A stretch of 64,000 nucleotides of DNA from an uncultured Bacteroidales bacterium (GTDB taxonomy: Bacteria > Bacteroidota > Bacteroidia > Bacteroidales > Bacteroidaceae), in assembly GCA_902801475.1 (NCBI GenBank), contig CADCIO010000004.1, positions 13,784 through 77,783 of the forward strand, read 5' to 3'. The position numbers were made by a program, and so were the translations under genes. How positions within the stretch are numbered: the stretch's first letter is position 1; every line of letters begins with the position of its first letter. The notes beneath the pieces are model-generated. The model saw nothing but the letters and a program-made list of their open reading frames with translations. It was not told where the DNA came from and searched no databases. Below are positions 61,624 through 64,000 of this stretch, piece after piece.

Positions 61624-63828
61624 CTAGTTCAGCTCCAGCGTCACCGTCTGTCCTTTCACCACCTTGCTGCCGCTTGCCACACTCTGTCCAATCACCTTGC
61701 CTCTACCCTTCATCCGCACGCGCATTCCTCGACTGCTCAACGCATACACTGCATCTTTCGCACCCATGCCCATCACATTGGGCACGATGTTGTCGTTCAC
61801 CTTCACGGGCTGGAATTCCACACACGAGCCTCCTGCCGATGCCAAACCCCATTCGTAGCCCTTGCCACCCGTTGACTTCAGACCCAACTCACGCAACACA
61901 TACTGCGCAGACACCACGTTGCCGTTCTTCACGTCTGGCACATGCACTGCGGTCGAGTCCTTAGCCAAATTGATGTCGGTTGTCACATTCTTCGAATAGA
62001 TGCGCTGGGCAATCTTCGAGAACACAGGACCAGCTTGACCACCACCACTTGCCACATAATAAGCGTGACGAATCGCCACAATACACGTGTATTTCGGGTC
62101 TTCCGATGGATAGAAACCACAGAAGCTGACCAAGTGCTCATTGTGTCCAGCCTTATAGCCGCCACCGGTTGCCACCTGCGCCGTACCGGTCTTTCCGCTC
62201 ACATGGAAGTAAGGATTACCGGCACGTTTTCCCAATCCGTCCTTGTCGTTCACCACCCGATAGAGGATGTTTCGGATGTCATCAAGGGCTTCCTGTCTGC
62301 AGATGCGAGGACGAATCACCTCCACAGGAAATTCCTCCACCATCTCACCATCCTTCGAGATACCTTTCACGAAACGAGGACGCACCATCTTGCCGTTGTT
62401 GGCAATCGCATTGTAGAAGCTCACCGTACTGATTGGTGGTATCTGGGTTTCATAACCGATGGACATCCAAGCCAATGCCGTTGCCGACCAGTTGTCAGAC
62501 ATCCTGTAACCACCCTTGCTGTCCTTATGAGGCATACGGATGTTGGGGTTGGCAGCACCATCGAAAGGTAAACCCAGAGGTGTTCCGATGCCCACACGGC
62601 GCAAGCCTTCCACAAACTTATCTGGCTGATTGTGATAGTATTTGTCAATGAGTTTGCTCACACCCACGTTACTGGACACCATCAACACATGGGGCACATC
62701 AATCGTACCATAACCACCTCTGTGCCAGTTGTGGTCTTTCATCATCGCCCCATACATATTGCAGATACCAGCACCTGTGTCCACATAGTCGGTCGTCTTG
62801 ATATAGCCGTCATCCAACGCCACCAGAATCGATGCCGTCTTGAACGTGGAACCTGGCTCCATCAAGGCTGCCAAAGCGTAGTTTCTGGCTTCGTAGTATT
62901 CGCCATCGTCGTAGCGCATCAGGTTCACGATGGCCTTCACGTCACCTGTCTTCACCTCCATCAGCACCACCACACCCATCGAGGCCTCCAGTTCGTGCAA
63001 CTTCTCACGCAAGGCGCTCTCGCAGATGTCCTGCATGCTCACGTCGATGGTACTGACCAAATCGTAACCATCCACAGGTTCCTGATCCACAATCGAAAGG
63101 TATTTCGACAGCACCTTCTTGTTGTGCACCTTGCCTGGTACACCTCTCAAGAGCGAGTCGTAGGCCAATTCCAGACCTGAACGTGCTGAGTCTTTCGCAC
63201 CAAACATCTCACCCAAAGTACGGCGTGCCAATGAACCAAAAGGCTTGTTGCGGTTGTTGCGCTCTTCTGCCACCATACCGCTCCTGTTGCGATTTTTCAG
63301 ATTGAAGATGGGCAGCTTCACCATCTGATGATACTGAATGAAGTTCAGCACGGTATGTGGACACACCTCCCAGTAGCGTTTGCGTTTTTCCAAGCCTTCC
63401 AACAGGTGCGACTTGTATTCCTCAGCTGTATATTTGGGGCAAATCTCCACCAACCCACTGGAAATCGAGTCAATGTTTGCACGCCACATCGAATCCTTCT
63501 CATGCCATTGGTCTGGGTCATAGACCTTCTGCTTCTTATCAGTGCCCAACGAGTCATACCACCACTCAATGCCTGCCAAGAAGTCCACATACACCTTGTA
63601 GTCGGGCAGACTGCTCGCCATCAACTGACCGTCGGCACTCAGGATGTTGCCACGATTGGGTTTCAGCAACATCGTATCGCTGACACTCACGGCACCCACC
63701 TTCTTCCAAAACGCATTCTGTGCTGTGGCAGTAATGACAGCCTTGGCTATAATCGCAATCATCACCAGTACCGCTATGACGACGATACCCGTGATGCGCG
63801 TGTTGATATATTTCTTATCGAACTTCAT
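61624..63828 (-). CDS. ftsI: penicillin-binding protein (FtsI/PBP3-type transpeptidase), long form
   Basis: 734 aa with an N-terminal TM segment, an SxxK motif in 'PGSTFKTASI', 'KTGTAQ', a C-terminal PASTA-like region, and the dcw position. Confidence 0.9.
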   Translation of the reverse strand: MKFDKKYINTRITGIVVIAVLVMIAIIAKAVITATAQNAFWKKVGAVSVSDTMLLKPNRGNILSADGQLMASSLPDYKVYVDFLAGIEWWYDSLGTDKKQKVYDPDQWHEKDSMWRANIDSISSGLVEICPKYTAEEYKSHLLEGLEKRKRYWEVCPHTVLNFIQYHQMVKLPIFNLKNRNRSGMVAEERNNRNKPFGSLARRTLGEMFGAKDSARSGLELAYDSLLRGVPGKVHNKKVLSKYLSIVDQEPVDGYDLVSTIDVSMQDICESALREKLHELEASMGVVVLMEVKTGDVKAIVNLMRYDDGEYYEARNYALAALMEPGSTFKTASILVALDDGYIKTTDYVDTGAGICNMYGAMMKDHNWHRGGYGTIDVPHVLMVSSNVGVSKLIDKYYHNQPDKFVEGLRRVGIGTPLGLPFDGAANPNIRMPHKDSKGGYRMSDNWSATALAWMSIGYETQIPPISTVSFYNAIANNGKMVRPRFVKGISKDGEMVEEFPVEVIRPRICRQEALDDIRNILYRVVNDKDGLGKRAGNPYFHVSGKTGTAQVATGGGYKAGHNEHLVSFCGFYPSEDPKYTCIVAIRHAYYVASGGGQAGPVFSKIAQRIYSKNVTTDINLAKDSTAVHVPDVKNGNVVSAQYVLRELGLKSTGGKGYEWGLASAGGSCVEFQPVKVNDNIVPNVMGMGAKDAVYALSSRGMRVRMKGRGKVIGQSVASGSKVVKGQTVTLELN

Positions 63829-64000
63829 TACCCTTCTGTTTTTAACGTGTCTTTTTTCTCTTCCTGTTTCACTTCTTCCTTCTTTCCACTTCCATCATCC
63901 TTTTTCTCTTCCATCTTCACCTCTTCTTTCTTCCCTTCCAGCATCTCCTCCTCTTGCGGTGCCAGTTCTTGGGAATCCACCAGCACCTCTTCTGGCAGGT
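63828..64000 (-). CDS. C-terminal part of an FtsL-like / hypothetical dcw protein (truncated by the window edge)
   Basis: An open frame runs to the window end and translates to '...LPEEVLVDSQELAPQEEEMLEGKKEEVKMEEKKDDGSGKKEEVKQEEKKDTLKTEG*'. Its TAA shares one nt with the ftsI ATG. The function is assigned by position only. Confidence 0.45.
   Translation of the reverse strand, partial: LPEEVLVDSQELAPQEEEMLEGKKEEVKMEEKKDDGSGKKEEVKQEEKKDTLKTEG

Overview
This window looks like a chromosomal segment of a Bacteroidota genome, probably Prevotella/Segatella-like. That taxon call is an inference from three things: TAnnTTTG -7 promoter boxes upstream of most start codons, apparent absence of SD sequences, and gene content. 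All product calls come from reading the supplied ORF translations; no database search was run.

Most of the window is core genome:
- 199-7870: lptF/G-like permease, ribBA, aminotransferase, fabI.
- 21156-28242: mutY, a DUF4491-calycin-HmuY-TonB receptor operon, dinB.
- 28497-35349: an iorAB / paaK / aminotransferase / paaK / ACT operon followed by tRNA-Phe.
- 35517-49208: SSS transporter, maoC, rplS, GH97, uxuA plus a mannitol-dehydrogenase-family gene, recO, a split HD-hydrolase / RelA-SpoT-synthetase pair, tRNA-Glu, rpsT, gyrB.
- 49422-64000, minus strand: a complete dcw/fts block (ftsL-like, ftsI, murE, mraY, murD, ftsW, murG, murC, ftsQ, ftsA, ftsZ).

An A/T-richer accessory stretch at about 9.3-20.4 kb carries a DUF4419-like protein, two small YD-repeat secreted proteins, and an ECF sigma/anti-sigma pair followed by three secreted proteins of unknown function, two of them tandem paralogs. 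It ends in decayed phage-like remnants.

The most unusual signals are in the DNA rather than the gene content:
1. Degenerate heptanucleotide arrays fill many gene junctions, including spacers in the dcw block.
2. Four such arrays lie in-frame inside an 808-aa secreted-protein CDS. Two of them form a 32-nt inverted repeat, and its only two mismatches are the changes that remove in-frame stop codons.
3. Two separate arrays of palindromic sites are phased at exactly 22 bp.
4. A 3 x 42-bp dyad-rich repeat sits between murD and ftsW.
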